Program-made: the position numbers and the translations under genes
Notes under the pieces: generated by a model
What the model saw: the letters and a program-made list of their open reading frames with translations, nothing else
The model's database searches: none
What the model was told of the DNA's origin: nothing
NCBI GenBank assembly: GCA_049997875.1
Contig: JBEKRC010000005.1
Location: forward strand, 1,679 to 65,678
Length of the DNA stretch: 64,000 nt
Direction of reading: 5' to 3'
From: Minisyncoccia bacterium
Lineage (GTDB): Bacteria; Patescibacteriota; Minisyncoccia; UBA6257; 2-01-FULL-56-20
Shown: piece after piece, positions 28,270 to 38,366 of the stretch
Layout of the letters: every line of letters begins with the position of its first letter
Position numbering within the stretch: position 1 is the stretch's first letter

Positions 28270-28761
28270 CTACTCCGCCTTCACATTCAGTTTTTTTGAC
28301 TTCTTCTTGTTCACTTTTGGCAGGTGTACGGTGAGGATGCCGTTCTTGAAATTTACACTCGCGCCCTCCGGGTCAACTTCCTGGGGAAGGATGATGGAGC
28401 GCGTGAACCGGCCCCAGTAGCATTCTTGATACAGATAATCCTCGCTCTCGGCGCTTTGCACGCGCTCGCGCGTGCCGCGGATAGTAATGGAATCGGGCGT
28501 CGCGCTCACGTCAATATCCTCCGGTTTCACGCCCGCGATCGCGGATTCAACCACGATCTCCGAGGGCGTCTGATACACGTCTACGGTGAGCTGCCCTTCC
28601 GGTTCGTTCGCGGGCTCCGGTTTCGGCCGCGCCGTCTTTGGCCGCGCGGCAAGTACGCTCGCGTCGGCTTTTGCGAGCTCAACCTCGTAGCGCGCGTCGG
28701 CGTCCGACTTCGCGCCCGCAAGTGTTTCAAAAAATTTTTCGTCTTGTACGTCCATGATCAT
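28270..28761 (-). CDS. Hsp20 small heat-shock protein
   Basis: VDVYQT, ECYWGRFTRSIILP, FKNGILTVHLPK. Confidence 0.93.
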   Translation of the reverse strand: MIMDVQDEKFFETLAGAKSDADARYEVELAKADASVLAARPKTARPKPEPANEPEGQLTVDVYQTPSEIVVESAIAGVKPEDIDVSATPDSITIRGTRERVQSAESEDYLYQECYWGRFTRSIILPQEVDPEGASVNFKNGILTVHLPKVNKKKSKKLNVKAE

Positions 28762-29447
28762 GCGGGCAATACTTTCAGTTTCTCAAAATCGTTCAGTACG
28801 AAGAAGCCGACGATGAGAAGAAATACAACTACATACGTGATATCCCCGTAATTCAGTATAAGATAGTTGAAAAATGTGTGCAAGGCAGTAGCGATCACAA
28901 AACCAATCGTAAGATTCCGCCCCACCTTCTTCCGTGCAATGCCGAGTGCCCAGTGGTATCCCACGATGCCCGACGTGAGCGAGTGGAGAAGGGTGGCGCC
29001 TACGAACCGGAGCGAGGAAGCTTCAAAGAACGCACCAACAAACGCTGCCTGCGAAGTCATGAAAGAAGTATTGGAAATCGCGCCGATGTTTTCCAGCGTT
29101 GCGAATCCCATCGCGGCCACGACCATGTAGAGCATCCGCTCCACCGGTTCGTCAAGCAGGGGACTTTTTCCGACTGCGAAATACGCCGCGCCGAACTTCA
29201 TTACTTCTTCAATGAGCGCGAGTCCGGCGAGCGAAATGAGGGAAAGCCCCTCAATGCCCCATTGTCCTTCGGCGTGGCTGAACATCTGTTCGGTAACGAT
29301 CGCGAAGAATCCGAACGCGATGCCGCACACGAACGTAAGGACGATCAGGCGCTTAGGCTCGGGATGGGGCTCTTCGGTGAAATAAAACATGAGCCACGCG
29401 AATCCGGGCAGGAGTCCGAACACGAGTGTGGCGACGAGGAGGGGCAT
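28758..29447 (-). CDS. PrsW-family intramembrane protease
   Basis: IEEVMKF, GFATLEN, conserved His residues. Confidence 0.9.
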   Translation of the reverse strand: MPLLVATLVFGLLPGFAWLMFYFTEEPHPEPKRLIVLTFVCGIAFGFFAIVTEQMFSHAEGQWGIEGLSLISLAGLALIEEVMKFGAAYFAVGKSPLLDEPVERMLYMVVAAMGFATLENIGAISNTSFMTSQAAFVGAFFEASSLRFVGATLLHSLTSGIVGYHWALGIARKKVGRNLTIGFVIATALHTFFNYLILNYGDITYVVVFLLIVGFFVLNDFEKLKVLPA

Positions 29448-29456
29448 TATTTTATT

Positions 29457-32042
29457 TTACCACCTCGTGACCATCAGCATTTTCCCCGGGCAGAATATGT
29501 CGTAGATTTCTTCGGTGACGAACGGCATAAATGGGTGGAGTATTTTAAGAGATTCCAAAAGAAGATGTTCAAGAAGGGCGTAGCTTGCCGCTTTTTCTTC
29601 GGCGCTCCCGTCGCGGAGCTTATCCTTTTCTGCTTCCACGATCTTGTCCGCAAGCGTGTGCCAGACGTAGTGATAAAGCTTTTCGGCGGCGAGGTGGAAA
29701 TCAAAGTGCTCTAGGTGCGCCGTCACTTCTTTTTTGAGCGCGGCGAGCTCCTTTATTTCTTTGCGCTTCGCGAGTGCGGACTTATCCGCGCGCGCGGCGG
29801 CGCTCGCGGTGCCTATTTCCGCGGGTTTGTTCATATTGATAAACCGCGCGATGTTCCAGATTTTCGTGGAGAAGTTCCGGTAGCCCTTCACTTTTTGCTC
29901 GTCAAACGTGACGTCGTTGCCCGATGCCGCGCCCGCGACGAGTGCCATGCGCAGGGCATCCGCGCCGTATTTATCGGCGAGCTCCAGTGGGTCCACGCCG
30001 TTGCCGAGCGATTTGCTGAACTTGCGGCGTTGTTCGTCACGCACGATACCGTGGAGATAGACCGTCCGGAAGGGGATCTGCCCGAGGAGCGATCCGCTCA
30101 TCAAAATCATGCGTGCGACCCAGAGGAAGAGAATCTCATAGCCAGGTCCCATAAAAGAAGTGGGATGATATGTTTTGAGATCTTTGGTTTCCTCTGGCCA
30201 GCCAAGCGTGCTGAATGTCCACATTGCGGACGAGAACCACGTGTCAAACGTGTCTTCGTCCTGCACAAGCTTCACGCCGCCGCACGCCGGACATTTTTTC
30301 GGCGGCTCGTTGCCCGTGGAAATATTTCCACATCCCTCCGCCGCATCCTTTTTCGTGAACGGATGAAATTCGTATGCATACAGATATGCCGCTGATTTCG
30401 ATGTGACCGTTTTTTCCGGATTCCTCAATTTGAAGGCCGCTATTAATTCCTCAAGGCTCTCATAAGTTTTGTAATGGGTCTTGTCGCGGTAGTCAATTTT
30501 TTCCACCGTTGTTTTCTCCACTTCGGTTATGATGCCGTAGCCGAACAATGTCTTGGTCTCTGAGTTTTCAAAAAGGACTTTGTCTCCCGCCTTAAAGCCG
30601 TAATCTTTCAATCTATACGTTTTTGTTTTTCCGTCAAAAACCTGCGGCACTACCTCTTCGTGCCATCCCATTTTCGGCTGGTCCGCCCTCGCCGCACTGC
30701 CGCAGTACCATGCAGGGATGCGGTGTCCGAACCAGATTTGCCGCGAAACGCACCAGTCGCGGAGATTGTCTATCCAGTGGAAATAGATCTTCTCAAAGCG
30801 CTCTGGGAGAATCGTGATCTCGCCGCTCTGAACGACGTGCCGCATGATCTCTTTGAGCGTGGTGGTTGCGCAACTTTTTATTCCTTTCAGTTCCGAATGG
30901 GGGATTGTGAACTGCTTATTTGCCGCCACGAACCATTGCTTCAGGATCTGGGGCTCAATGATGCCGCCGCCGCGGCTGTTCGTCGCCACGCGGTGAACGT
31001 AGTGCTCGTCCACCTTCGCGAGAAGCCCCTTCTGCCGCAATTTTTCCACGATGAGCGGCCGCGCTTTTTTGATATGCATGCCGGCGAACTCGCCCGCGAT
31101 GGGAAGAAGCTTCCCGTGGAGATCAATGATCTGTTCCCTGTCCAGCCCGTGCCGCTCGGCGATGTCAAAGTCCACCGCGTCGTGCCATGGCGTGATCGTC
31201 ATCACGCCCGTGCCGAACGCCATGTCTATGGAAGGGTCCTTCACGACCGTCGCGGTAACCGGCCCGTTGATCCATTCCAGTTCCAGTTTCTCTCCGTGCC
31301 GGTACTTCGCGTAGCGCTTATCGTCCGGATGCATTACGACGTACTTGTCGCCGAATTTTGTTTCCGGCCGGGCCGTCGCGATCGCGAACGGGCCGTATTT
31401 AAGGTAATAGAAGGGCTCTGTCTTTTCCACCCATTCCACCTCGTCGTCGGAAACAGTTGTTTGAAGTTCAGGATCCCAGTTCACAATGCGTCCGCCGCGA
31501 TACACGAGCCCAAGATCGTACAATCGCTTAAACGCGGTGCGCACGGCAAGGTTCCTTGCTTCATCAAGCGTGTAGGCCTCGCGGCTCCAATCAAGCGACG
31601 CGCCCAACCGCTTCACCTGGCGGACGATCGTATCGTGGGAGGCCTTGGCGAACGCATCCACCCGCTTCAAAAATTCTTCACGCCCGAGGTCGTGACGCGT
31701 TTTTTTCTCTTTCTTATATATTTCTTTCTCTACCTTCGCCTGTGTTGCGATTGCGGCATGGTCTGTGCCGGGGATCCAAAGTGTCCGCTTTCCCTTCATC
31801 CGTTCGTAGCGGATAACGATGTCCTGAATGGTGTCCTCAAACGCGTGGCCGATGTGCAGCGTCCCCGTCACGTTCGGCGGCGGCAGGACCACGCAAAATG
31901 GCTCCGCGTCGTTTTTTGTAACGCCCTTCGCGACGCACTCATCCGGATTGAAATACCCGGACCTTTCCCAGCGCTCGTAAATTTTTGACTCAACTTCTTT
32001 TATGTCGTAGCGCGGTTCCATGGAGCTCAATAATCCCATCAT
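29457..32042 (-). CDS. valS: Valyl-tRNA synthetase with an inserted ASCH-like domain
   Basis: PPPNVTGTLHIGH, DWCVSRQIWFGHRIP, DTWFSS, KFSKS. Confidence 0.96.
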   Translation of the reverse strand: MMGLLSSMEPRYDIKEVESKIYERWERSGYFNPDECVAKGVTKNDAEPFCVVLPPPNVTGTLHIGHAFEDTIQDIVIRYERMKGKRTLWIPGTDHAAIATQAKVEKEIYKKEKKTRHDLGREEFLKRVDAFAKASHDTIVRQVKRLGASLDWSREAYTLDEARNLAVRTAFKRLYDLGLVYRGGRIVNWDPELQTTVSDDEVEWVEKTEPFYYLKYGPFAIATARPETKFGDKYVVMHPDDKRYAKYRHGEKLELEWINGPVTATVVKDPSIDMAFGTGVMTITPWHDAVDFDIAERHGLDREQIIDLHGKLLPIAGEFAGMHIKKARPLIVEKLRQKGLLAKVDEHYVHRVATNSRGGGIIEPQILKQWFVAANKQFTIPHSELKGIKSCATTTLKEIMRHVVQSGEITILPERFEKIYFHWIDNLRDWCVSRQIWFGHRIPAWYCGSAARADQPKMGWHEEVVPQVFDGKTKTYRLKDYGFKAGDKVLFENSETKTLFGYGIITEVEKTTVEKIDYRDKTHYKTYESLEELIAAFKLRNPEKTVTSKSAAYLYAYEFHPFTKKDAAEGCGNISTGNEPPKKCPACGGVKLVQDEDTFDTWFSSAMWTFSTLGWPEETKDLKTYHPTSFMGPGYEILFLWVARMILMSGSLLGQIPFRTVYLHGIVRDEQRRKFSKSLGNGVDPLELADKYGADALRMALVAGAASGNDVTFDEQKVKGYRNFSTKIWNIARFINMNKPAEIGTASAAARADKSALAKRKEIKELAALKKEVTAHLEHFDFHLAAEKLYHYVWHTLADKIVEAEKDKLRDGSAEEKAASYALLEHLLLESLKILHPFMPFVTEEIYDIFCPGKMLMVTRW

Positions 32043-32093
32043 ACGCGATTTTCTCCTGTTTTTGAAGGCATATATAGTGTTGCCGCCCGAACT

Positions 32094-32519
32094 CTATGGA
32101 GAGCCCGGGCGGGTGAATTTGCGGATGAATTTATCATGGACCACAAGCATGATCTTACCTATTCCTGCGCCCATAACTGCCCAGGTGCCGGTTTGTAGGT
32201 CTTGCCACAGGTACGACCAAAAAATAATAACCAGAAGCCACGCATTGCTGAGCACTCGGTCCGTTCCCCAATATTCTGAACTGACCGAAATAAACAGTGT
32301 CGTGAGTGCTACTGCGTCAGCCGGAAGTGTTCGCGACACGTTGAATAGTCGTAGTATCCAGACAAGTGGCCCGATTAGGCAGAGACTGGAGAGACCCAGT
32401 GCGGCACCCAGGGCCGAAAAGACCAAGAGATTAGACCATTCCTTGTGCCACCATTTCTGCAAACGATGGCTGGAAACGTGCAAGCGTCGGAAAGTCCGCC
32501 AACCCTTTTTCTTTTGCAT
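32094..32519 (-). CDS. Hypothetical membrane protein
   Basis: Hydrophobic 141-aa ORF filling the gap. Confidence 0.45.
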   Translation of the reverse strand: MQKKKGWRTFRRLHVSSHRLQKWWHKEWSNLLVFSALGAALGLSSLCLIGPLVWILRLFNVSRTLPADAVALTTLFISVSSEYWGTDRVLSNAWLLVIIFWSYLWQDLQTGTWAVMGAGIGKIMLVVHDKFIRKFTRPGSP

Positions 32520-32578
32520 AAATCCCCCTCTACCTGTTTTGTAAGCCAGGGTTTCAACATTGTCAATCTACCGCCGGC

Positions 32579-33712
32579 CTACCGCACTGATTGGAGATAT
32601 GCGACGAGTGAATTCCACGCGTCGTGCACGGCGGGGAAGAGTGCGACCGCAGTATAGATGAAGAGGACGAGGAAGATCAGCGTGAAGAGCCCGCTCTCAT
32701 GACGATGGTAGTAATAGCCGTGATGGGCATGGTAGCGAGCATCGTGGATGAGATGCCGGAAGGGGAGCGAGACGAGCCAGAAAAGCGCGATAAGAAACAC
32801 AACGGAAACCCAGAGCGGATGTCCGGCGCCCAAGGGATGTCCGAAGACCATACTGTGGAGAACGAGCGACCAGAGTGCGACAACGAATAGCACAAAGAAC
32901 GTAACGCTCACGATCGCTCCGATGAGCGTGCCGAATCCCCCGCCGCACGCATCGCAGCCGTGATGCTCCGCGTACGCTTCCTCGCGCCGCATTGCCCGTT
33001 CCTTCCGCCGTTCGTCCCGCCACGCATGGCGCTTCGCGCGCATCTCATATTTCCACGCCCGCACTTTTTGTTTCCATTCCTGCTTGCTCTCGTCCGGATT
33101 GGTTTTATATTTATCGTATTCCACCCGCGCCCGGTCAATAAAATCCTGCGCGGTAAGCGGCAGTTCGCCGTGCGCCTGTGCGATCTCATCTTCCGTGTGC
33201 GCGATAGGCATCACGAGCGCGAGGACAATATATGCGACGATCCACCCCCCGCCTGTAAATATAGCGAGCAGCACAAAAAGCACGCGGACGAGCGTAACGT
33301 CAATGTTAAAGTACGCCGCGAGGCCCGCGCAGACGCCTTTCAGCATTGATCCCTCAAAGATGCGATAGAGCCGCTTCGGCGCCGCGGATTTTTTTTGAGC
33401 GCCGGACGCGGCTGCGCCTGCGCCCGTACCCGTGCTTGCTCCCGCAGCGCCCGCGTGCGTTCCCGTGACGGGTCCCATCTTCGCGATAATCTCTTCAACC
33501 TCTTTTTCCGTGACTATGTTTTTCCCACCGCGCAAATAGCTTTCGCACTTGTCCGCAATCGCCTGTTCAAAATCCGCCACGATCTCATCCTTGTCCGGAT
33601 TGTCTTTAAGCGCCGTGGCAGCATGGTCAAGGTATTTCCGCAAAGCTTCATAACCCGCCTCTTCCAGCTGGTAGGCTCTTCCATTCAGATTAATTGTGAT
33701 CACTTTGTTCAT
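32579..33712 (-). CDS. PspC-domain protein
   Basis: MNKVITINLNG start; KRLYR..GVCAGLAAYF PspC motif. Confidence 0.9.
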   Translation of the reverse strand: MNKVITINLNGRAYQLEEAGYEALRKYLDHAATALKDNPDKDEIVADFEQAIADKCESYLRGGKNIVTEKEVEEIIAKMGPVTGTHAGAAGASTGTGAGAAASGAQKKSAAPKRLYRIFEGSMLKGVCAGLAAYFNIDVTLVRVLFVLLAIFTGGGWIVAYIVLALVMPIAHTEDEIAQAHGELPLTAQDFIDRARVEYDKYKTNPDESKQEWKQKVRAWKYEMRAKRHAWRDERRKERAMRREEAYAEHHGCDACGGGFGTLIGAIVSVTFFVLFVVALWSLVLHSMVFGHPLGAGHPLWVSVVFLIALFWLVSLPFRHLIHDARYHAHHGYYYHRHESGLFTLIFLVLFIYTAVALFPAVHDAWNSLVAYLQSVR

Positions 33713-34071
33713 TTTTTTGTTTTGATCTGTTTTGCGCCGACTTTTTTGATGAATTTGTCCAGGATTTCCCAATATGCTTCCAATTCCTCAAGCTGCTCCT
33801 TGCCCCCGTCCGTGAGGCGGTAATATTTTCGCGGCGGTCCCGCAGCGGATTCCACCCACTCGTAGTCCACGCTTCCTTCGCGCCGGAGCTCGCTCAAAAG
33901 GGGATAGAGCGTGCCCTCCTGCGTTTCAAACTCGGAGTCCGCGAGGAGCTGCAGAATATCCGCGGCATAGACCTTGTGCGCCCCGATGATCTTTAAGACC
34001 ACGAGTTCAAGAAGACCCTTCCGTATCGGAGTGAATTTGTCTTTAACTTTCGGCGCCTTTTCCGTCGGCAT
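33709..34071 (-). CDS. PadR-family regulator
   Basis: RKGLLEL, EGTLYPLL, GPPRKYYRLT. Confidence 0.93.
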   Translation of the reverse strand: MPTEKAPKVKDKFTPIRKGLLELVVLKIIGAHKVYAADILQLLADSEFETQEGTLYPLLSELRREGSVDYEWVESAAGPPRKYYRLTDGGKEQLEELEAYWEILDKFIKKVGAKQIKTKK

Positions 34072-34089
34072 AGTCCCATTGTAGCAAGC

Positions 34090-34109
34090 TACCTTGTTGT
34101 GTCAAGGTA
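34090..34109. promoter_or_regulatory. Palindromic operator over the padR -35
   Basis: TACCTTG-N6-CAAGGTA overlapping TTGACA; TACAAT lies 6 nt before the ATG. Confidence 0.6.
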
Positions 34110-34171
34110 CTACCTGTGGATAGCACAGAGTGGGGCGTAGTGTGCTATACTCAACCCTACAACTGAACAGA

Positions 34172-34320
34172 TTATCTTGAGCGTGGCGAGGGAACTGGCC
34201 CAATGACCCACCGACAACCCCCGGCAATGCGCAATGGCGCGGCGACGAAAAGGTGTCACATCCAGCCCGCAAGGGAAAGATAAAGGTCGCAACGCTTTTC
34301 TTTCGGGAGGGGCGTTTTTA
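34172..34320 (+). promoter_or_regulatory. SAM-I riboswitch with terminator
   Basis: TTATC..GAG, GAGGGAACTGGCCC, GACAACC..GGTGTC, AAAGATAA; terminator 34291-34320; upstream of metK. Confidence 0.9.
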
Positions 34321-34365
34321 TTCTGTTCGGTTGAAAATAATTAAATAAAAATAAAATCAATAATA

Positions 34366-35349
34366 ATGAGCACGATCATAAAAACCGCAGAGTTCGTTTC
34401 GCCAAAACATCCGGACAAGGCCTGCGACCAGATCGCAGATGCGCTCCTGGACGCCTACCTCGCAGGCGACAAGCCGGGCAGACCGCGGAGCCGCGTGGCG
34501 GTTGAGGTGATGGGCGGCCACGGGCACATCACGATCTCGGGCGAGGTGACGAGCGGGACGCAGGTAGACATCCCGAAAGTGGTGAAGGGCCTCGTGGGAG
34601 AGGAATATGCCGTGCACCCGTACCTCACGAGGCAAAGCCCGCAGATCGCGCATGGCGTGGACACGGGCGGTGCGGGAGACCAGGGGATTATGATGGGCTA
34701 CGCGACGCGCGAAACGGAAAATTTCATGCCGGTGGAATACGAACTTGCGCGGAAATTGTGCCGGCAGATTTACGAAAAATATCCGTACGACGGGAAAACG
34801 CAGGTGACGGTGGAATGGCCGAACGGCGCGGGGAACGGAAAGCCAAAGGTGAGCACGGTCGTCGCGAGCTTCCAAAACACGAAATCGCCCGAGCTTGAAA
34901 AGTTCGTGCGTGGGATCGTTGCCGCGGACGAATATTTGATAAATCCCGCGGGCGAGTGGACGCTTGGCAGCTTTGATGCGGACTCTGGGCTTTCCGGCCG
35001 GAAGATCGTAATAGACAACTACGGGCCGGAGATTGGCGTGGGCGGCGGTTCGTTCTCAGGGAAGGATTACACGAAGGTGGACCGGTCGGGCGCGTACATG
35101 ACGCGGCGAATCGCGGTGGATTATCTAAAGAGCCATCCCGCGGCGAAGACCGCGCGCGCGAAGCTCGCCTACGCGATCGGAAAGGCTGAGCCCGTGATGG
35201 CGGTCGTAGAGGTGAATGGCGAAGAGTTCCCGATAGAAGGATACGATCTTACGCCGAAAGGAATTTTCGCGTTCCTGAAATTGAGCGAAGTGAAATGGAT
35301 AGAGACGGCCGCATGGGGCCACTTCGGGCGGGAATTCAGCTGGGGGTAG
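34366..35349 (+). CDS. metK: S-adenosylmethionine synthetase (short form)
   Basis: HPDKACDQIAD, GAGDQG, SGKDYTKVDRS. Confidence 0.96.
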   Translation: MSTIIKTAEFVSPKHPDKACDQIADALLDAYLAGDKPGRPRSRVAVEVMGGHGHITISGEVTSGTQVDIPKVVKGLVGEEYAVHPYLTRQSPQIAHGVDTGGAGDQGIMMGYATRETENFMPVEYELARKLCRQIYEKYPYDGKTQVTVEWPNGAGNGKPKVSTVVASFQNTKSPELEKFVRGIVAADEYLINPAGEWTLGSFDADSGLSGRKIVIDNYGPEIGVGGGSFSGKDYTKVDRSGAYMTRRIAVDYLKSHPAAKTARAKLAYAIGKAEPVMAVVEVNGEEFPIEGYDLTPKGIFAFLKLSEVKWIETAAWGHFGREFSWG

Positions 35350-35359
35350 GAACCGCGCG

Positions 35360-35836
35360 CTAGTTCAGCGTCCAGACGGCGTAATTCAGATATCCGGCAA
35401 AGCTGACCCAGAGGATATAGGGCAGAAGAAGATATGCGGCCGCGGGAGAGATTTTATAGAACGTAATAATAGTGGCGAGGATCGCGAGCCAGAGAAGAAC
35501 GATGTCCGCGAATGCACCCGCGGGATTGTGGGCGCCGAAAAATATCACTGACCACGCCACATTCAAGAGCAGTTGAATGCCGAAAATGATGAGCGCAGTC
35601 CGCACATCTTTTTGCGAAAGGCCCTTTCGCCACACAAGGAACGCCGCGATGCCCATTAAAAAATAGAGCGTTGTCCAGACGGGACCAAAGATCCAGTTCG
35701 GCGGATTGAGCGCGGGCTTTATAAGCCCCGCGTACCAGCCGGGAATGGCGGAGAGGGTGAAGAGCGCGCCCGCGCCGCCCGCGAGTTCGCAGATGATGAT
35801 TGCGAGAACCAAGAGGGGGATTTCGCTTGTTGCCAT
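35360..35836 (-). CDS. TspO/MBR protein
   Basis: WYAGLIKP, PPNWIFGPVWTTLY, LLPYILWVSFA. Confidence 0.93.
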   Translation of the reverse strand: MATSEIPLLVLAIIICELAGGAGALFTLSAIPGWYAGLIKPALNPPNWIFGPVWTTLYFLMGIAAFLVWRKGLSQKDVRTALIIFGIQLLLNVAWSVIFFGAHNPAGAFADIVLLWLAILATIITFYKISPAAAYLLLPYILWVSFAGYLNYAVWTLN

Positions 35837-35986
35837 ATCACAATTGTAATCCAAAGCCCGTTGGCCAGCATCTTTCTGGGCGGCAGCTTGACAATTTGAT
35901 GAAAATATAATACGATTCTGGTCGGAATTCAGCACTACAATTCAATTGTCTGGAGCCCTAAGCTCTGAGACCGAAAGGACGTACGT

Positions 35987-37225
35987 ATGAACTATGGTTA
36001 CCAGTGGTACAGTCTACCCCGCGATGATGACGCCGATGCCATCTATGGTGGGCTCTGCAGCTTGTTCCTCATCGCGGTGATTGCCAGCGCTGCCAAGTAT
36101 GGTCCGTGGCCCATGAATCTTGGGTGTGGGCTTTATTTAGCAGGGATGGTCGGCTACGTAGCGTTCGTAATGTGGATCGGGCCCCGCCGCGATCCGGAGA
36201 CCACCATGTTCCGGGAGTTCGCATATTTCTGGCGGAACGCGGGATTGTTGAAATTAACCGGTTGGCCGGCTTTTCTTCTCGGAGATTTGATTTCGCCGCA
36301 ATCCGAGCGGGGCGTTTTCATCTCGATGACCGCCAGTGGTTTGCGGAGAAAAAGCCACACCATCCACGCGAATACGGCATATGAAATCGGCTGCGACGAC
36401 GCACGGAGGTTCGACGGGCATTGCGATTCCGTCGCGCTCGCCGCGAATCGCATTTCCGACACCGCTGTGGATCTTTCCGCGGCGGCATGCCGGACGACGG
36501 CGCTCACTGCAGCCCTCGCCGGTGCCACGAATGCGGCGCTCGCGCAAACCCCTGGCGGCACCACGGTCGTTGTCACCACCAAGTTTCTGAACGGCTACGA
36601 CCGAAAGAACGACAACATGGTGCACGACGGCCCCGTGGTCCAATCGGACGTTCTCGTGACCTTCGGGAACGGCGCCTTCTTCGATCTCTGGGGTTCGACC
36701 GGCCTGGACTTCAGGCCGAACGGAGGAAGGGAGATCGATTGGACGGTCGGCTGGGGAGGAAAGCACATCTCCGCCGGGCTCACATACTTCGATCTCGCAC
36801 CGCTGTTCTCGCGCGGAGGGAACGGAGATATGTTCTTTCCGTTCTTCGAGACGAGAAAGAAGTATTCCTTCCGCGATTCGCACCACGCACTCACCCCGTT
36901 CTTCATCGCGGAGGGGGTAATACTAACAAAAGGCACGTCCCGCAACTCCGGCGCTTTCATCTCCGGCGGGTTACGCCACCGATGGACGATCTCAAAGCGG
37001 GTCGCGTTCGGCGAGGAGTGGAAGACGCTCCTTGATACGGGCGTATTCAGACGGAACCGCGGATTGGTGCCGAGCTGGTCCGCCAGCCTGGACGTGAAGC
37101 TCGGGAAGCGCATCACACTCACGCCGGCGAGTGTCCGGCTGATCGGTCCGGGACCCTGGATCCATGACCAACGAAAGTTTCATGCCGTACTTGGCTTCGG
37201 CATGAGCACCCGTTTTGGTCCCTAG
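35987..37225 (+). CDS. Hypothetical protein; C-terminal half resembles a TorF/Gcw_chp beta-barrel
   Basis: GPVVQ, FDLWGS, EIDW and alternating beta-strand pattern ending in ..TRF. Confidence 0.6.
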   Translation: MNYGYQWYSLPRDDDADAIYGGLCSLFLIAVIASAAKYGPWPMNLGCGLYLAGMVGYVAFVMWIGPRRDPETTMFREFAYFWRNAGLLKLTGWPAFLLGDLISPQSERGVFISMTASGLRRKSHTIHANTAYEIGCDDARRFDGHCDSVALAANRISDTAVDLSAAACRTTALTAALAGATNAALAQTPGGTTVVVTTKFLNGYDRKNDNMVHDGPVVQSDVLVTFGNGAFFDLWGSTGLDFRPNGGREIDWTVGWGGKHISAGLTYFDLAPLFSRGGNGDMFFPFFETRKKYSFRDSHHALTPFFIAEGVILTKGTSRNSGAFISGGLRHRWTISKRVAFGEEWKTLLDTGVFRRNRGLVPSWSASLDVKLGKRITLTPASVRLIGPGPWIHDQRKFHAVLGFGMSTRFGP

Positions 37226-37317
37226 CAGTTCGACACAGTACAAGCCAAAAGTGGAGGCCCAAGCTCAATTAATGCAAGCGAGCGAGGGCCTCTATATTTT
37301 TGTTGTATACTGACCAT

Positions 37318-38001
37318 ATGAAAAAGCTCGCCATTTTTGACATTGACGGGACGATCTTCCGGTCCAGTCTGCTCATTGAACTTGTGGACGCGTTGATTCA
37401 CGAGGGGATTTTCAAGCCAAGCGTGATGCGGATCTACGAGCGGGATAAACGCGCATGGCTTGACCGGAAGGGGGACTACGACGCCTATATTGAAAGCGTC
37501 ATCAGGGCGTTCCTCAAAAATATCAAAGGCGTGCCGTATGCCCGTTTCGCGCGCGTGGCGAAAAAAGTGGTCGCGCTCCACAAGAACCGCGTGTACCGCT
37601 ATACCCGCGATCTCGTTCGCGCTTTAAGGCGCAGGGGATATTGGCTCGTCGCGATCTCGCACTCGCCGCGCGGCGTTGTGGGACCGTTCGCCGCGCAGAT
37701 GGGATTCAATAAAGTGTACGGGCTGCTGTACGAACTCGGCCCCACGAGGCGGTTCAACGGGAAGGTGATGTTTGAGGATCTGATTTTTGACAAGGCGAAG
37801 ATCGTGGCGCGCGTGCTTGCGAAAGAGGGCGTCACGCTCAGCGGTTCCGTGGGCGTGGGGGATACGGAGAGCGACATTCCTTTTTTGAAGCTCGTCACCC
37901 GGGCGATCTGCTTCAATCCGAACGGAAAGCTTTACCGCGCGGCACGCCGCCACGGTTGGGAGATTGTCGTGGAGCGGAAGGACGTGGTGTATCGGATGTA
38001 G
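37318..38001 (+). CDS. HAD-IB (SerB-like) hydrolase
   Basis: FDIDGT, GDTESD, CFNP. Confidence 0.92.
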   Translation: MKKLAIFDIDGTIFRSSLLIELVDALIHEGIFKPSVMRIYERDKRAWLDRKGDYDAYIESVIRAFLKNIKGVPYARFARVAKKVVALHKNRVYRYTRDLVRALRRRGYWLVAISHSPRGVVGPFAAQMGFNKVYGLLYELGPTRRFNGKVMFEDLIFDKAKIVARVLAKEGVTLSGSVGVGDTESDIPFLKLVTRAICFNPNGKLYRAARRHGWEIVVERKDVVYRM

Positions 38002-38008
38002 ATTTGAT

Positions 38009-38287
38009 TTGGATTCTTAACGCTGGAAGCAACCAGGAGGACTGGGTTAAGGCCTTACCTGGAACTTAGCGCGGTGTGGTACTGCCCCTTTTTCGATTGT
38101 AAGTCGTGTAGGAGTTGCGCCTCGCACTCTCCCTCCTCCTGCCTCAGGCACTTGCCCGTCGGCTTAGACGGCGGCGTTTCAGCCACCGGCGTCAGGCGTT
38201 CGGAATCACCCTACTTGCCACGGGGGAGATGCTTTATCCCATACCACGAGGATTATTCAGCCACTACTTCCAGCGTTAAGAATCCAA
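38009..38287 (-). other. 279-nt element bounded by a perfect 21-bp inverted repeat; candidate ncRNA or MITE
   Basis: TTGGATTCTTAACGCTGGAAG at 38009-38029 and its complement at 38267-38287; G-U pairs favour the minus strand. Confidence 0.6.
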
Positions 38288-38366
38288 TAAAGATAACGGC
38301 GGCTCATTGCCGATGGTTACTACTTTTTTAATATTTTTTTAATGCTCCGCGTGCAATGCTTGGCGG

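Noticed and set aside
38074-38331. 85-aa ORF inside the inverted-repeat element
   Set aside because: GTG start, no motif, and it runs across the repeat arm into the promoter box
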